Below, piece after piece: positions 1-13,599 of a DNA stretch of 64,000 nucleotides (the stretch's first letter is position 1; each line of letters starts with the position of its first letter). The stretch comes from Epiperipatus broadwayi (lineage: Eukaryota; Animalia; Onychophora), in the NCBI GenBank assembly GCA_028023455.1, contig JAQFVV010000006.1, forward strand, positions 7,440,001-7,504,000. The letters are read 5' to 3'. The notes below the pieces were generated by a model. That model saw nothing but the letters and a program-made list of their open reading frames with translations. It was not told where the DNA came from and searched no databases. The position numbers and the translations under genes were made by a program.

Positions 1-80
1 CTGACTCTTTTGTCATTTATGTAAACAAATTTTACACTTGTTTCGATAGTTTTGGTAAAACGCCATCTATTGATCATATA
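1..80 (+). repeat. 3' end of another copy of HHR family F5, cut by the window edge
   Basis: ctgactcttttg..tttatgtaaacaaa..gttttggtaaa..ccatctattgatcatata matches 35139-35213. Confidence 0.75.
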
Positions 81-169
81 TATATATTGAATACCATTTT
101 TTGTTGTTCATCACACTGCTGGTAATCATTGTTACTGCTGAAAGATCTTTTAGTAAAATCAAAATATTT

Positions 170-1056
170 GAATATAGACTTTCAAGTTCCCTTCAGCCAT
201 TCACTCTACTTTATACAACCGATAGACATGATCAAACACATAAAAAAAGGTAAATGATCTCCAATATATGTATTTGATCCTGAAACAAAACTCATCAGTT
301 GGTCTAGATCACCAACTCCCACACATGTATATATAATGTGCACTTGGTTTCATTAAAGTGTGAAGATTCACTATCTTAATATTAACCAAGCACTGACTAC
401 ATATGTGTGTGTGGGAGACGGTGATCTGGACCAACTGACGCGTGCTGGTTCAGTATGAAATACATATATTGGAGATCATTTATCTTTTTCACATCTATGT
501 GGTCACATGTATCAGTTGTATAAGATGGATTGGATAACTGTGGGTTGTTTCAATGTCTGTGTTCAAATCCCTTACAATTACATTAACTTTAGTATAAACA
601 ATATACATACATTTAAATATTTATATATTCAGCTTGTATTCTGGCCATCAACACTTTGGTGTAACTAAATGGACATATTAAGGTCCTATGGGTGAGGGAT
701 CAGACTGACTTGAGGTCAACATGGGTATGACAATAATAATGGCATCGTTAAGGACTTTGAGCATTTCATCCTCAGATTGTCAATGATATGGATGGCTGAA
801 GAGTTGGAGAGTGGAGAAGATTGAAGCTTGTCCATTAAAGTTTGAAGATTTATTATCTTAATATAAACTGATCGGTGATTGTATATATGTGTTGGAGATG
901 AGAAACTATCCCAACTGTGAGTGCTAGTTCAGCATGATATACATCTATTGGAGATCATTTATCTTTTCCACATGAATGTGATCATGTGTATCAATTGTAT
1001 AAGATGGATTGGATAGCTGTGGGGTGTTTAAAAGTCTGAATTCAAATCCCTTATAA
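170..1056. mobile_element. HHR retroelement family F2: inverted arm plus partial tandem (period about 490 bp)
   Basis: About 170-325 is the reverse complement of about 403-560, and 340-580 recurs at about 830-1055. Degenerate HHRs lie at 256-310 (-, GAAA>CAAA), 423-477 (+, CUGACGC) and 908-956 (+). Confidence 0.8.
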
Positions 1057-1664
1057 ATAAATATATATAGCAATATAACCACTTTATTAATTTAAAAAGT
1101 ATATAGTAGACCCACCTATACTTTAGCTTAAGAGTTCAATTTATTGACATGTTACAACACAGAGTGAACTTTAAGCCATTCTGAAATTATTATAAACAAT
1201 TAGAGGGAAAGAATGCCCCTCATTTTTAACAAATCCTAAATATTAGATTAAACGTTAGTTAATAGATGTAAATATTAAAGTTTCATTCCGTAATTTTGTT
1301 TATTGATGTTTAATCTTTACATCTGCTAACTGTTGTTTAATTTAATATTCAAGGGGTTTTTGAAAATAAAGAATGTCTTTTACTTGAACTAAAAATACTT
1401 CAATACATAGAATTCATGCTCTCCATTGTAACACATCAATAAATTGATTGCTTAAATACGATCGGAGTCATGTGGGTCCATTCTATATTTTTTTTCATTT
1501 ATTGACATGTTTATATTAGTTTTTATATAACTCACTGAGGATTTACAATAACTTTGTTTTAATTTCATCTACATTTGAGCTAATAATTTTTAAGTTAAAT
1601 AAATGTGTTCAAAAATAAAATTTTAACAAATGAGAAAACATTAATTGACATTTTATATATATAT

Positions 1665-1750
1665 ATATGTCAAAGCATTGATCTGGAAGCGAACAGGGCC
1701 GGTTGCTTGGAAGGCAGCTGTGCCAACCGGTAGGCTACCGACGCCTGACA
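1665..1750 (-). mobile_element. tRNA-derived SINE family A copy
   Basis: Reverse complement resembles 21092-21197 (A-box/B-box-like head, tgctttgacatat 3' end). Confidence 0.65.
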
Positions 1751-3185
1751 AGACATTTTTTTGGTGTAAAATAATGGTTTATTTGAGATTTCAAAAAATA
1801 AAAACTGACAATATAAAACATAATGAACTGGTTAAATTGAAGGAATACATTTTATAAGTAGCTACAAGGATGGGTGGATCAGAAATTTATGATTTGGGCA
1901 CTTTTGTTCTATATGTAAACACCAACAAAAAAAATGTCGTTAAATATTGCATTGTAAGGCCATTCATAAAGAAACAGTAAATGAAAAAAAGGTTGTTATG
2001 AGGCTTTCTGATTGCCAAGTAGTGAGATTTGAATGTGTTTCATTGGTTATTTTATCCTGTAATAAGAATAGCTAGATACCCATTGACTGACCAATAATGA
2101 ATACTTGCTTGTATTGCGTATGTGTTAACTATTTGAAAACAAAATCTTAAGTCTGATTGGAACCTGACAAATGTTCAAGATTTATTTGGTGCGGATTCGA
2201 ATTCAGGATGCAGGTATGTGATAGGCGGATGAGTACACTTTATAACACAAGGTCTAAATAACTTTATGTATTTCAATGTTTGTATATAAGCATATGTGCA
2301 CAAAAAATATCAAGTAACATTCATTGCATCAAATATAATATATGCACCTAAAATTTCATATAAATGTATTTGCGTTTGTGCAAGGAATAAGCACAGAAAA
2401 ATACAGACACAAAAATGTCATAGTATTAAAAGAGCAATTAATTTTCCCAATTAAATTATAAGAAAATGAGATTTCAGTCTTATTATGGCAGCCATTAATT
2501 ATATTAAAGCCCCGTGATTAGATTCCTTTAATTATGCAATATTTAAAATCTATAATCAATAAAGCTACCGTTTTAATAATTTCTTCTGACTGTTAATCAA
2601 TTGATTGAGATCTGCAATTAATTTCTTTATTGTTAATAAAATTGATCGTTCTGTTAATTATATTTTTTTCTTTTTAATAAATGTGAATCTATTCTACAGC
2701 TTCTGCTCTTTGTCCCCCTTCCCCCCAGGAATTGCTAATTATAAATATAAACTATTATTAATTTCCTAAATAAGAATCAATAATCAAATGAATTTCAATG
2801 ATTGTATCCCTTCATCAGTTAAAGTGGCATTATTCATGGTTTTAACTTTTTAAAATGTCGAAGTTATTAAAAATCAAAATATTACTTAAAATATTTTGAT
2901 TTAAATTAATAAAAAAAAACAGTCGTATTATAAACTTTTTTTAAAAAAAAAAACTACCATAAATTCGACCTATCCATAGAAGAATAAAAAGATATCCAAC
3001 CGGGTGCGTCTAAACATTTGCTAGAGTAATTTTTATTGGTTGCAATAATTTTTACTTAGCTTTTTTTTTTTTTCGTTTTACTTATTTGTATATGACAATA
3101 AATGCAATACAGAGAGCGTACCAATAGCTCAAACAAGCTCTTAATTAGTAAGTGCAGTATGAGAAAATATTTAAAATCACTCTCA

Positions 3186-3231
3186 TCTCCAGACCAATTG
3201 GTTTCGAGCTTATGGCTCACATCAGTGGAGA
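3186..3231 (-). ncRNA. Type I hammerhead motif, A9U core variant (F3)
   Basis: UCUCCA-CUGAUGU-GAGC(CAUAA)GCUC-GAAA-CCAAUUGG-UC-UGGAGA: perfect stems I and II, palindromic stem III. Confidence 0.8.
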
Positions 3232-3526
3232 GCTAGAATATTTGGACCCTAGATCTAACTAGAAGCTTATAAAAGTAATGTGACGTTATATATGACTTGC
3301 TTTATTAATTATTATAATTTTACCTTTAAGGCTTTGGCTATGCTGAGGCTATTAAAATATGGTAGATCTGAATTTAGTTCAGTCCCATATAGCTACTTAA
3401 GTTAGATAGCTGAATTTAAAGACATTTTCATGTCTGAAAATTTCAGAGTTTCTACTTAAATATATGTTTGAAATAAGTGCTGGGTTTTGAATTTGTATTT
3501 TAGATCTAGTGTCCAAATATTCTAGC

Positions 3527-3572
3527 TCTCCACTGACGTGAGCCATAAACTCGAAACCATTTGGTCTGGAGA
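3527..3572 (+). ncRNA. Type I hammerhead motif, A9U core variant (F3)
   Basis: UCUCCA-CUGACGU-GAG(CCAUAAA)CUC-GAAA-CCAUUUGG-UC-UGGAGA. Confidence 0.75.
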
Positions 3573-5663
3573 TGAGAGTGTTCTGGATAGAGATTTTAAA
3601 TATTTTCTCATACCGCACTTATTAATTAAGATCTTGTTTGAGCTATTGGTACGCTTTCGGTATTGCATTTTTGTAATTACAAGCTTATAAAAGTAATGTC
3701 GCATTATATATGACTTGCTTTATTAATTATGACAATAAATATATAGATACTCATTTTCTTTATACATCTTGTTTTATTTTATGAACTAATGTTTTTGGCA
3801 CTCATATATGCAGTATACCACTATACATTTTCATCAAAGTTTCAACTATATCCTATAGCCATTTTCAAAATTTATTTCTCCAAATATATGTATAGAAAGA
3901 GATCTATAAATTATTCACAAACTCAAATTAGGATATTGTTAAAAATGTAGTTGAAGATTTATAATGATATACTGAAGATGCAGATGTGGGTGGAAAAAAC
4001 CTTGATTCATACAATAAAACATTTATAATGAAAATGAAAACGTGGAGAATTATTTAATATATTGGAATTAATGGGGCGATTTTGAAAGAGAAAAAAAAAT
4101 TATTGATATATATAATTTCTATATGTAAAATTAAAACTTAATGTTTAATGGTTAAATAATATTAAAGTATAACCATATTAAACTTTGAAATATAAAGTTG
4201 CATATAAATTACGTAAATTATTATGGCTGATTACTATATACACAATAATTTTATTTACATACAAATAAAGACAAACTGAGTCTTTAGTATTATGCACTAA
4301 TCACTTTGGGAGTAAATGGGTGCATAGTTAAAGTTAATCTTTCAGTGTAGAAACTCCAGTTGGACGAGTGAGTTAAAACTCTAAACTTTTGATTGGTCAA
4401 TTACAGAATCAGCAGTAAAAATATATTCATCTTTTAATAATATATTCATTTTACTTTCGTTTGTAAAAAGTATATTAACAATTTATTAGATTATGAAAGT
4501 GAACAAAAGATTTTTCAAAAATAAATTCCTATTTATAATTATAAAAATATTGGATAGTGGAAGACCTAAAAAGAAAGTTTGTAACAAATTAGAAAGTGCT
4601 GCGGATGCATTGATTTCTTTCTCAATTTTATGATGTGTAAAAGAAAATAATTTTTACTAAAATCTTAACTATTTTTCTAAAATAATTTTATTTTCAGCAT
4701 ATTTTATCTAAATAATTTGTAATATGTCTAAAAATCTCTTTAAAAATCTCTAAAACTTTCATTTTCATTTTCAAAATCAAAATAAAGAAGTTGGAGCGGT
4801 GAAAATTATTGACAAGCACTCTCTTTTGTCTACTATGAGCAACACCCAATCAGCACCTGGGAAAAACCACCTTCCATTGTTAAAACAAATTTGAATATTA
4901 TTGATTTTTTACGTGTAAAATAATTCTAGAGAGGGCAGCTTTAAAATGACCGCAAATTCACTACAGTAATGTAAAAACTGATGGTTTTCGAGCAACTTGA
5001 AGCTGTGTCCATCTATAACCAGAAACATCTATCATATAAAGTGTGATTATTAGAAGCATAATGCACAAAATCATTTTTTCTGTGTCTTCAAACCAAAACA
5101 TTTTATAGTTATAAGGGCCATATTATTTCTGTGGGAAAAATCAGCATTTGAAAGAATCTTAATCCAAACCTGATTGGTTAATAATATTTTAGTAAACGAA
5201 CACATCTTAAAATTATTAACGCACTTGTTAAAGTATGTGATCAAAGTATATTTTTGATTATATATTATTGTGAATGCAACTTCTATTTTTTTGCTTTTGA
5301 AAGTATTGACGAAGCTTTTCTTCACTTTGAATATGTCATAAATATAAATATTAACTGTATTTATCACAAAGAGATTGAATAAAAATTAGCCAAGTATATA
5401 AAATAAGACTTAATATTTTATGGTGCATAATGAGTAAGTTTTGTACTGCACTATATTTTTTTAGCATGAACATCATTTTATTCTTGAATGATGTAGTTTT
5501 AATAAGGTCACTATTCTATGATGTCATCAATTTTACAAAATAGCTGCCATTTAATCATAGTAGTGAATAATTGATTGTAAATCAAAATAGTGAGTACAAA
5601 TTAACGATAACTGTCATGGAAAATCCTTATATAAAGATCTGTTTTATTTGGAAATAAAGATAT

Positions 5664-6245
5664 TGTTATAGTCCTCCCTTCTCTCAGAAGTGGACTATTC
5701 CAGATTCCGTCTGCATCTGATCGGATTAAGCACTGTTTGCCATTGGCCAATAGGCTAATGTACAGCTAAACATATAGCCAATGGTTAGTACAGACCAATA
5801 AGCAGTGATGATCACTGAATCCAAATGTTTTCAGTAAGGTCAGCGATCTGGCTATAAATAGTCAGCCTTTTGTCTAACCCACAAAGACAGCATGCGTTCT
5901 CCCAGGGAAGCTCTGCTAAGCTGAACAGCAGTAAGCATTCCCACTAATAGCAATATGCTATTTGTCCTACGCAGCTAGGCAAGTCCACAGAGAGACCAGA
6001 TGCTGCTAAGACTATAGTTGACTTGAAGCAAGCTATCTTGTACTGCCAGAAGAGTCATACCCCCTACCCATGAGACAAGCTATCAGGTATAGCTGGAAGC
6101 AATTTATAATTACAATATTCAGTATTGTATATATTCGCTTGTATTATATATATTTGTAGATATAATAAAGATTATATTAATTGTAACTCGGGTGTTTGGA
6201 TTATTTTTCTGTAAATTGGGTCTGTGATCCAGGTCAAACATAACA
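5664..6245 (+). mobile_element. Solo LTR (582 bp)
   Basis: TGTTAT...ATAACA termini; 5-bp TSD gatat (5659-5663 and 6246-6250); TATAAATA near 5854; AATAAA near 6164; shares blocks with 23316-23905. Confidence 0.85.
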
Positions 6246-6493
6246 GATATATTAGGAAAACAAAAGTGAAAAGATTTTTAATCCACAAGTTGTTAAGGAT
6301 ATGTAGTTACTTGCAAATCAATACAGTTGCGATTCTGTGATTAAAGTTCATCAAATGAAAACAGATAAAAAGATTAATAGTTTTAATATTCATGAAAGGT
6401 TAAACAGTTTTATTTTATATCCAGAGTAGAATTCTTTGTCAAAAAACTGAACTGTTAAAAAGTTATATTAATTTCTAATGAATATATATATAT

Positions 6494-7036
6494 ATAAAAC
6501 TTACCTCAAATTCACAACAACCCAGGCTAGCCAAAAAAAAAAAATAACAACTCTAAAACACAACCAATGGTTTCATTGCTACAAGCAGACTTCTTAAATG
6601 TAAAGGACTAAAAGACATTAACTTTATATAAAATATTATCCACAATCCCACTTACACCTTACACTCTCTTAAAATTAAAAGAACTTATAAATAAGTTAAT
6701 TACCTCAGAATCATAAAAAAAAGTAATAATAAAGATTCTTTGATTCTTTTTATTTCATTTCTTTCAAAGAAGACAATCTTATTCTCATCAAAACTAATAG
6801 TCTGGCCTGTTAAAAGTTGTTTTAATATTAAGAGTGTGGGGGTGAAAGTGGAATTGTGGGTAATGCTTATTATAAATTTATCTTTTAGTTCTTTACACTT
6901 GAGAAGTCTGCTTATAGCAGTGAAACCATTGGTTGTGTTTTAGAGTTAATTTTCTTGGGCTAGTCTGGGTTAATTGTGAATTCAGGGTAAGTTTTATTAT
7001 TTTATTGACTAGTTTAGCTTTAAGATATTATTTTTT
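6494..7036. mobile_element. Inverted-arm element family F6 with degenerate HHR-like motifs
   Basis: 6496-6680 is inverted to 6819-6994. The right arm has about 45 extra nt. The element is flanked by aatatatatatat (6481-6493 and 7037-7049). HHR remnants lie at 6558-6601 (-) and 6895-6938 (+): ACAC-UUGAGAA-G-UCUGC(UUAUA)GCAG-U-GAAA-CCAUUGG-UU-GUGU. Confidence 0.65.
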
Positions 7037-7171
7037 AATATATATATATCATACTCTTATATTATACAAAAGTATTTTTAATATTATATACAACATAATT
7101 TATTACAAAGAAATAAACTAGTCATATGTCACATTACCTAATTTAACAAGCTTGTATTACAAATGTTGAAC

Positions 7172-7404
7172 ATAGAGCTCGCAAATAAGCTCTTAACAAG
7201 CTTTGCAGAATATCCCCAACCTCAGACTGGTTTCTGCTACTGGCTTCCTCCGTGAGGTGCTAGGATATTCAAGCATTAGCTAATGCTTGAATATACTTAA
7301 TGATTGAATATCCTAGCACCTCACTAAGGAAGCCAGTAGCAGAAACTGGTCTGGGGTTGACAATATTCTGCAAAGCTAGTTAAGAGCTTATTTGCAAGCT
7401 CTAT
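7172..7404. mobile_element. Palindromic HHR element family F4
   Basis: About 230-bp imperfect palindrome with a perfect 30-bp centre (7265-7294). HHR remnants lie at 7219-7258 (-: ACCUCA-CGGAGGA-AGC(CAGUA)GCA-GAAA-CCAG-UC-UGAGGU) and 7318-7356 (+). Confidence 0.75.
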
Positions 7405-7952
7405 ATATAACATAATATATGTAATCAAATGAAATTGGGAGTTAATGGTACAAACTTCCCCAATTAATATTCATAAATGAAAATAACTATTAAGCTATAG
7501 TGTGTTGATACAATTTTTCTCATCCCAAATATTATATGAAGGTATTTAAGTGCCCTCTATTATAGGCCCATTGTCCATTTCCTCTTTCATATTTTAAAAT
7601 GAAGCATATAAAAGCTGGGTAATATAAAGAAAATTCTAGCCTATTCTGATTTGTGATTTTAGACATATGATACAGTTGATGAAAGGGTTCTCTTGAAACT
7701 GATTCTGACAACCTGAGCATCATCGAAATTTACAATTCAAAAGGTAGATATTATATATAACATTTTATATTTTACTTTTACAATGAGTTAGTAAAGAGTG
7801 TTTGAACTTGTTCATACTAATATTATACATATATTTTAAAAGGAAAACCATGTACATATATACAGTTGCACACATACAAAACAAAACGAATCTTATACAA
7901 AATTCAAATGATGAAATATGTATGTGAATATACACTTTATGCCAATTCTTAC

Positions 7953-8070
7953 TTTTGATTTTTCCCCAATTCTGCAACTAAAGAAGCATTTCCTCGTACT
8001 CGAATATGAACGTTCATTTTTACATGAGAAGATGGGTCTGAGGTTGGTGTAATAGTCGAAGACAATAAAG
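7953..8070 (-). CDS. BLTP2: Host gene exon, BLTP2/KIAA0100/hobbit-like
   Basis: ttacag|CT acceptor and AA|gtaaga donor; phase 1 to 2; LLSSTITPTSDPSSHVKMNVHIRVRGNASLVAELGKNQ resembles human BLTP2 [22 protein letters not shown] as recalled from memory. Confidence 0.55.
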
Positions 8071-10831
8071 CTGTAACATATATATATATATATATGGTAA
8101 CATAATATTACTAAAATGAATAATAAGTTTAATGCAAAAGAACTGTTTAATATCTTCTACATATTTTACAGTCACATAATATCAGCTTTTAATCAACTAG
8201 TTGGGGCTTTCAATATATTTATATCAAGTTCATAGTTGATTCTGCATCGACGTTGGGTTCTGTTTAGATTCATTTTGCAACATGTAGATGAAGAGTAGCC
8301 GCGGAGATGATACAAACATATCGGATGCCTAAACTAATTGATCATAAATTGACAATTTGGAGATGAAGAAAATATTGAACAATTAATTTGTGTTGATTCA
8401 CTATAGGTTATTATTCATAAATATATACAAATCTATATTAATGATATATGATGTAAATTATAAATAGGAAAAAATAAACTTCCTATAAACATATTATGCT
8501 TTAATTGTTGTATAATGTGTATAATATGAACAATAGATGGGGAAAAAAGGAGGGAGGAGAAATAAAAATTGAATTTAAAAATTTATATCATGGTTCTGTG
8601 TATGTAAAATAGTCTATAAATGTTCTTAATTATATATAATCATACTGAGAAAGACAATAAAACATTGCTGAAATTTACTTTATAGATTAAAAAATACGAT
8701 ATTTGTTTTCACTTGTTTACACACACAAAAAGCAATTTAATGGGTTACATATGTTTTTTCCATTTTATGATAATGTATATTACAATGGACTATGGGATTC
8801 ACCCACATGGTGTAGTATTATCAATCCAATTGAAACAATCTTTACGTCTGCAGCATGAATGTAGAGCACACATATCAAGTATGCACATACCTGATGTTCT
8901 GAATGTATAAAGTCATATGTAGCCTGTTATTGCCCAAATGACCTTTTTGAGATTGAACTTAGTTTTTATACATATCTAAGATTCTTTAAATATTTTGGGT
9001 TAGAGATGTGGTCATCATCTTTACATTGGGCAACATCAAAAAGGGTTTGGGGTGTGAAATGTCTCAATTATTCCTCATTGCATTCAAATATATATTCATT
9101 AAAAACACATAAAGTGATGATAACAATACATTTCATGCAACAACTTCAACTTCTTGGTATCCGATCTTCTTCAAGTGAATTATATCCTTTGATCTCATGC
9201 TTGGTTAATTCACCATTACAATTGTGGTGCTTGAACACCACATGACCTCCCAGACAATCACTTTTTGTTTCATAATGATTACATAGCATTTAAAGAAAAT
9301 CATTTTAAATATTTGGCATTTAAAATAAAGATAATTACGAGCATCCAAAATTATACTCGAATAAATCCTTATAAATATAACTTCATATAAACCAAGTACA
9401 TCAATTCATGATTAGTCAAAATTAAATTTAAAAAATTCACTACCAATAGTTTCCCTGCCGAGGCAGAATTGGATTTAAGAAGTTAGTCTTGGAGATGAAT
9501 CTACTGCTACTAAATTTTAAAATTTAATTTTGCGTAGCGACATAATTACGAATTGTCATATTTGGTTTATTATATTGTCTAGTTTAACTTATGGCATTAA
9601 CTATTAGACGCACATATAATATAAATACTCATACCATAATGAATATGAAATGGAAGTAACTGCAACCTCTCCTCTACCTACATGAGCTATCTATAAACTA
9701 ATACTCATCCATGAATAATAATAAAAAAAACGGGAATGTTACCACCTATATTTTTAGCTCGACAGTATTAAGCATACATTTATTGATGTGTTAAAACAGA
9801 GAATGTGACTTCTGTATATTAGCTTGATTTAAATATAGCACAAACTATTCTGATATCATTATTAGCCATTCAGAGGATAAAGGTACCATCTCATTTTTAA
9901 TAACTCCCAAATATTAAATAAAATGTCAGTTCATAATCGGTAAGTAAATCAAGATGGGACCCTATACTTTTGCAAAAATGTACAGTTTTGAGAGCCTATA
10001 ATCTACTGAAGATGTGTTTGTTGTTGAATTAAAACAAAATTAATAAATCAATTGTTAAATTTAAAAAAAAAGGAATAAATTCCAATAAATTTCATTAAGA
10101 AGCTTTATTTCATTTTTTTTTTTCTTACAATGTAAGAAGCGATAAGATGCTCTCAACCTTGTCTTACTTTGGTTAAATTTGGCATGTTTCTTTTGGTCAG
10201 CAGTTTTTTGGGTAAACTGACATAATAATAAAAATTTGGCACCTTCTTGTCACAGAACATATGCAGTGGACTATTTCCAAAGATACAATATCCTGCCCTT
10301 CCGAAAAATGTGTGTTAACAGTCGTGATATGATTGCATGCCACCGTTATGAATAAAGTGTAAATATTGTATTTATTTTTTTCATTTTTCTGTAAATAAGT
10401 TAATCCAAAAAAAAAAAAAAAGAAAATAAACTGTAAATATTGTAATTATTTTTTCTACAATCATTTGTTTTTTTTTTAAAATAACAGTAATAAAAAATCA
10501 AATGTAATTATTAAATATCACATTTCCCAGCAGGCATTTTTTAATAAACATTTTGTGGAGGCCCCTGAAACTGTACATTTATCAAAAAATACAAGGTGTC
10601 ATCTTGGTTTACTTGAAAACTCAGAAGTATACCAAATAATCACAGATTAAAGTACATAAAGTTGTAACAGAAGTAATTGTAACTATCTATGAGCTATATA
10701 TAAACTAATATTATGTATTATCAGTATGACCCAAAAAAAACATATGCTTAAATACCATTAGAGCTAAAAATATGTAGTATCATTCTATTCTTTTTGCATG
10801 CTTATGGTTGACTATTAGTTCATACATAGTT

Positions 10832-11140
10832 AAACCACTAAACATCACATGACCACTATCTCATACTAGCACAATAATTGTTATTAAACAATTCAAAACA
10901 AAACAACACTCTCCATATAGTAGTGCCATCTTGTGCTAACAAGAGCAATCAATGGATGCCAGAAGGCTTGTGCATAAAATCCCTCACTGATGAAGGCCAC
11001 AAGCCAGAAACTAGTCTGGGGATATTGGATGAGTAGGCACTAGATAGGGATTTTATGCACAAGCCTTCTGGCATCCATTGATTGCTCTTGTTAGCACAAG
11101 ATGACACTACTATATGGAGAGTGTTGTTTTGTTTTGAATT
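10832..11140. mobile_element. HHR retroelement family F1, fold-back copy with 14-bp TSD
   Basis: Arms 10887-10984 and 11046-11143 are inverted. The left arm has about 55 extra nt. TSD gttcatacatagtt lies at 10818-10831 and 11141-11154. Confidence 0.9.
10981..11022 (+). ncRNA. Minimal type I hammerhead, intact core (F1)
   Basis: CCCUCA-CUGAUGA-AGGC(CACAA)GCCA-GAAA-CUAG-UC-UGGGGA; palindromic ACUAGU stem III; predicted cleavage after 11016. Confidence 0.8.
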
Positions 11141-13443
11141 GTTCATACATAGTTCATGGGGATTTGCAGATAATCCAATTTTAATTTTCATATATATTAA
11201 GCTAAGCTATTACATTTACTAAAATGATATTTCAGTTGATATTTAGGGCAGTAGCAACTTTCTCCAGATACTACTGCCACCTAGTGAAAGATTTACAAAG
11301 TGTAAGAAATGATGGTCATGTGATCTTATTGATATTTAGAGCCTATTAAAAATAAGACCCCACCTCTATCCTTGGAAAGCTTGTGATTTCAGTATTTTTG
11401 GTGCTGCATGCAAATAAAATTCACACTGCACTATAAAAATATACACTTTGCATTATAACAAGACAATAAATGTATTCTTGAATACTATCAGAGCTAAAAG
11501 AAAAGGTAGTATTATTCTTTTCCTTTATTAATGGATGGCTTATAGTTTATACAAAGCTCATGGGGGTGGAGGATTGCAGTTATTTCTGGAGCAGTCTAAA
11601 TATTTCAACAATTTTTTAGTAAGAAAAGACCCATAAATGAGTTTGGAATTTTTTGTAAATAGCTGGAGCCAATAGCCAAATGCGTTTTGCTTTATTTGTT
11701 ATCCCTGCATAACAGCTTGGTGGAGCTGGTTCCAATTTAGGATCGGGAGGTCCCAGATCAATTTTTGTGCACTCAGGTCAGGTGATCCAACTTTTTATGA
11801 ATTCCCGAGAAAAAGTTCGATTCTGGTCTTTTGAGTTCCTGAGCAATGAAACCATATGCATTTTTTAATGTTAGATCATATTTGTGTGTTTTCAGATTTT
11901 TTTTTAAACAAATTCAATTTTTTTACGCATGCGCGCGCACACATACTTCAACTATATAATTAGAGTATGTAAAAGAAATAAACGATCTTCAAGATGAACT
12001 TCCGGTTAAGTCTGCATAAAAATTCCTTTTAAGGTTTTTACTAATCGTTTATTAGACTACAGATTATAATGTACATTCACGCACTTGTGTGTGTATATAT
12101 AACTACACAAGGACTCACACTAACAATTTCAACTTTTTGTTTACGTGTGTGTTTGTTTATTATATATATAAAAAATAAACAAATAAAACTAAAGAAAGCA
12201 ATAATTTTTAGAAAAACTAATATAATAATATAAAAAAGAGAACATCAATTTTTATCAAAAAAAGTAAACAAAAAGTAAAAAATATATATATCTTTGGATG
12301 CTCCAAAGAAAATCTAATAAATTCCACAATAAAATAAAATCAGAGAGTGCCGTGTTTACATTTATATTTGAGTATATGAAGAAAAAAAAATCTAACAATA
12401 TATTTTTCGATTACTTTTAAAAAAAGTTATAGAAAGAATAACACAAGATTTCTAACTTCAGTAAAAGGAAAAAAAAAATATTGTAATAACTAAACATAAC
12501 TATTTATTTCTTATAGATATTTAGATTATTTTTTTATAAATACAATTATGTAAATCATTAACGGACGCAATGGCACAGTCACAAACACTGGAGCTAAAAA
12601 AATCCATAGATCGCAGCTGGCCTAAATGTCACTGGCATCGAACATCTTTTGACCCTCCCACCAAACAATAAAGCGATTCGATTGTTGTTGTTATTTTTAA
12701 TCATATAAATAGAAATCTATTAATAATTTTTATTAGTCATTCATTAGACTAGACATTATCCGTCAATGAATATTTCTGTAGTGTAATTTTCATTACACTA
12801 GGGATTGGTTTCTATCCATTTTCTACACCGTGTGGCGGGATGTAATCATAAACATATGACAAAAGACATCCGCAAGAAGCACCTACAGAAATATTATTCA
12901 TTATTAAGTAGGAAAAACCTAATTCTAATTCTTCCCCCTTTACATTTGATGCCAATATGCGGCAAAACTATGATCATCTTCATCACGAAAGAATATCTTA
13001 AATTTCTCTATTATCAATATATTTAAAGAGTTATGACATTTGTTAGAATAATTTATATTTTCCAAATTTCAAAAAATTCCAAAAGGAGTATATGATTCAT
13101 AACTAATTCAAGGCAGACTCTTACCAGTGCGTCCACAGAATTAAACTATATCAAAGTTGACATTTTAATTACAGTTGCCATACTAGCCACGACTATAGAA
13201 TTAAAATGCTGAAAACTTGCTTAGTGATTACTGAAATTTGGAATGCATGTCTTACTCTGCGTCAAACATTATATCTGTTTAAAACCATAATGAAATTGAA
13301 TGTTTGAAAAACGCAAAGAATTATAGAAGTAAAGTAAACCATGGGTTAGTGCTTGCAAAAGTAGGTTAGCTTGCTAATAAGTGATAAAAATTGCCCTATA
13401 TATGATTTGGGTCTTGTCTTTATAATCAGAGCAAAAACTCTGA

Positions 13444-13595
13444 AATAATAGATTTGCCTGAGACTTTAAGCTCTAGCTAGAAATAATAGAAAATACATTT
13501 AATGAATAACAAGACATCTAATAATAGATTTGCCTGAGACTTTAAGCTCTAGCTAGAAATAATAGAAAATACATTTAATGAATAACAAGACATCT
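13444..13595. repeat. Perfect 76-bp tandem duplication
   Basis: aataatagatttgcctgagac... starts at 13444 and 13520. Confidence 0.9.
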
Positions 13596-13599
13596 TACG

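Larger units (their letters stand above)
3104..3727. mobile_element. HHR retroelement family F3: divergent inverted arms, 418-nt circularly permuted monomer, 13-bp TSD
   Basis: Arms 3099-3258 and 3500-3670 are inverted. aagcttataaaagtaatg occurs at 3263 and 3681. TSD tatgacaataaat lies at 3091-3103 and 3728-3740. Confidence 0.85.

Noticed and set aside
765-790. CUGAGGA-U-GAAA on the minus strand inside the F2 monomer
   Set aside because: No stem II, weak stem III, and the motif is not conserved in the 37.3 kb copy.
2160-2213. Possible plus-strand exon (SDWNLTNVQDLFGADSNSGC, donor gtatgt)
   Set aside because: Weak acceptor, no homology recognised and no partner exon in consistent phase; the same applies to candidates near 14372-14436 and 49360-49430.
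2770-2826. CUGAUGA...GAAA on the minus strand
   Set aside because: No complementary stem I or II could be formed.
7532-7723. ORF as the next BLTP2 exon
   Set aside because: Phase fits, but the acceptor lacks a pyrimidine tract, there is no clear donor and similarity is unconvincing.
10949-11191. Short ORFs over F1 copies (also 16284-16547 and 60922-61110)
   Set aside because: They are by-products of the non-coding repeat; the frames are not preserved between copies and show no GIY-YIG or RT motifs.
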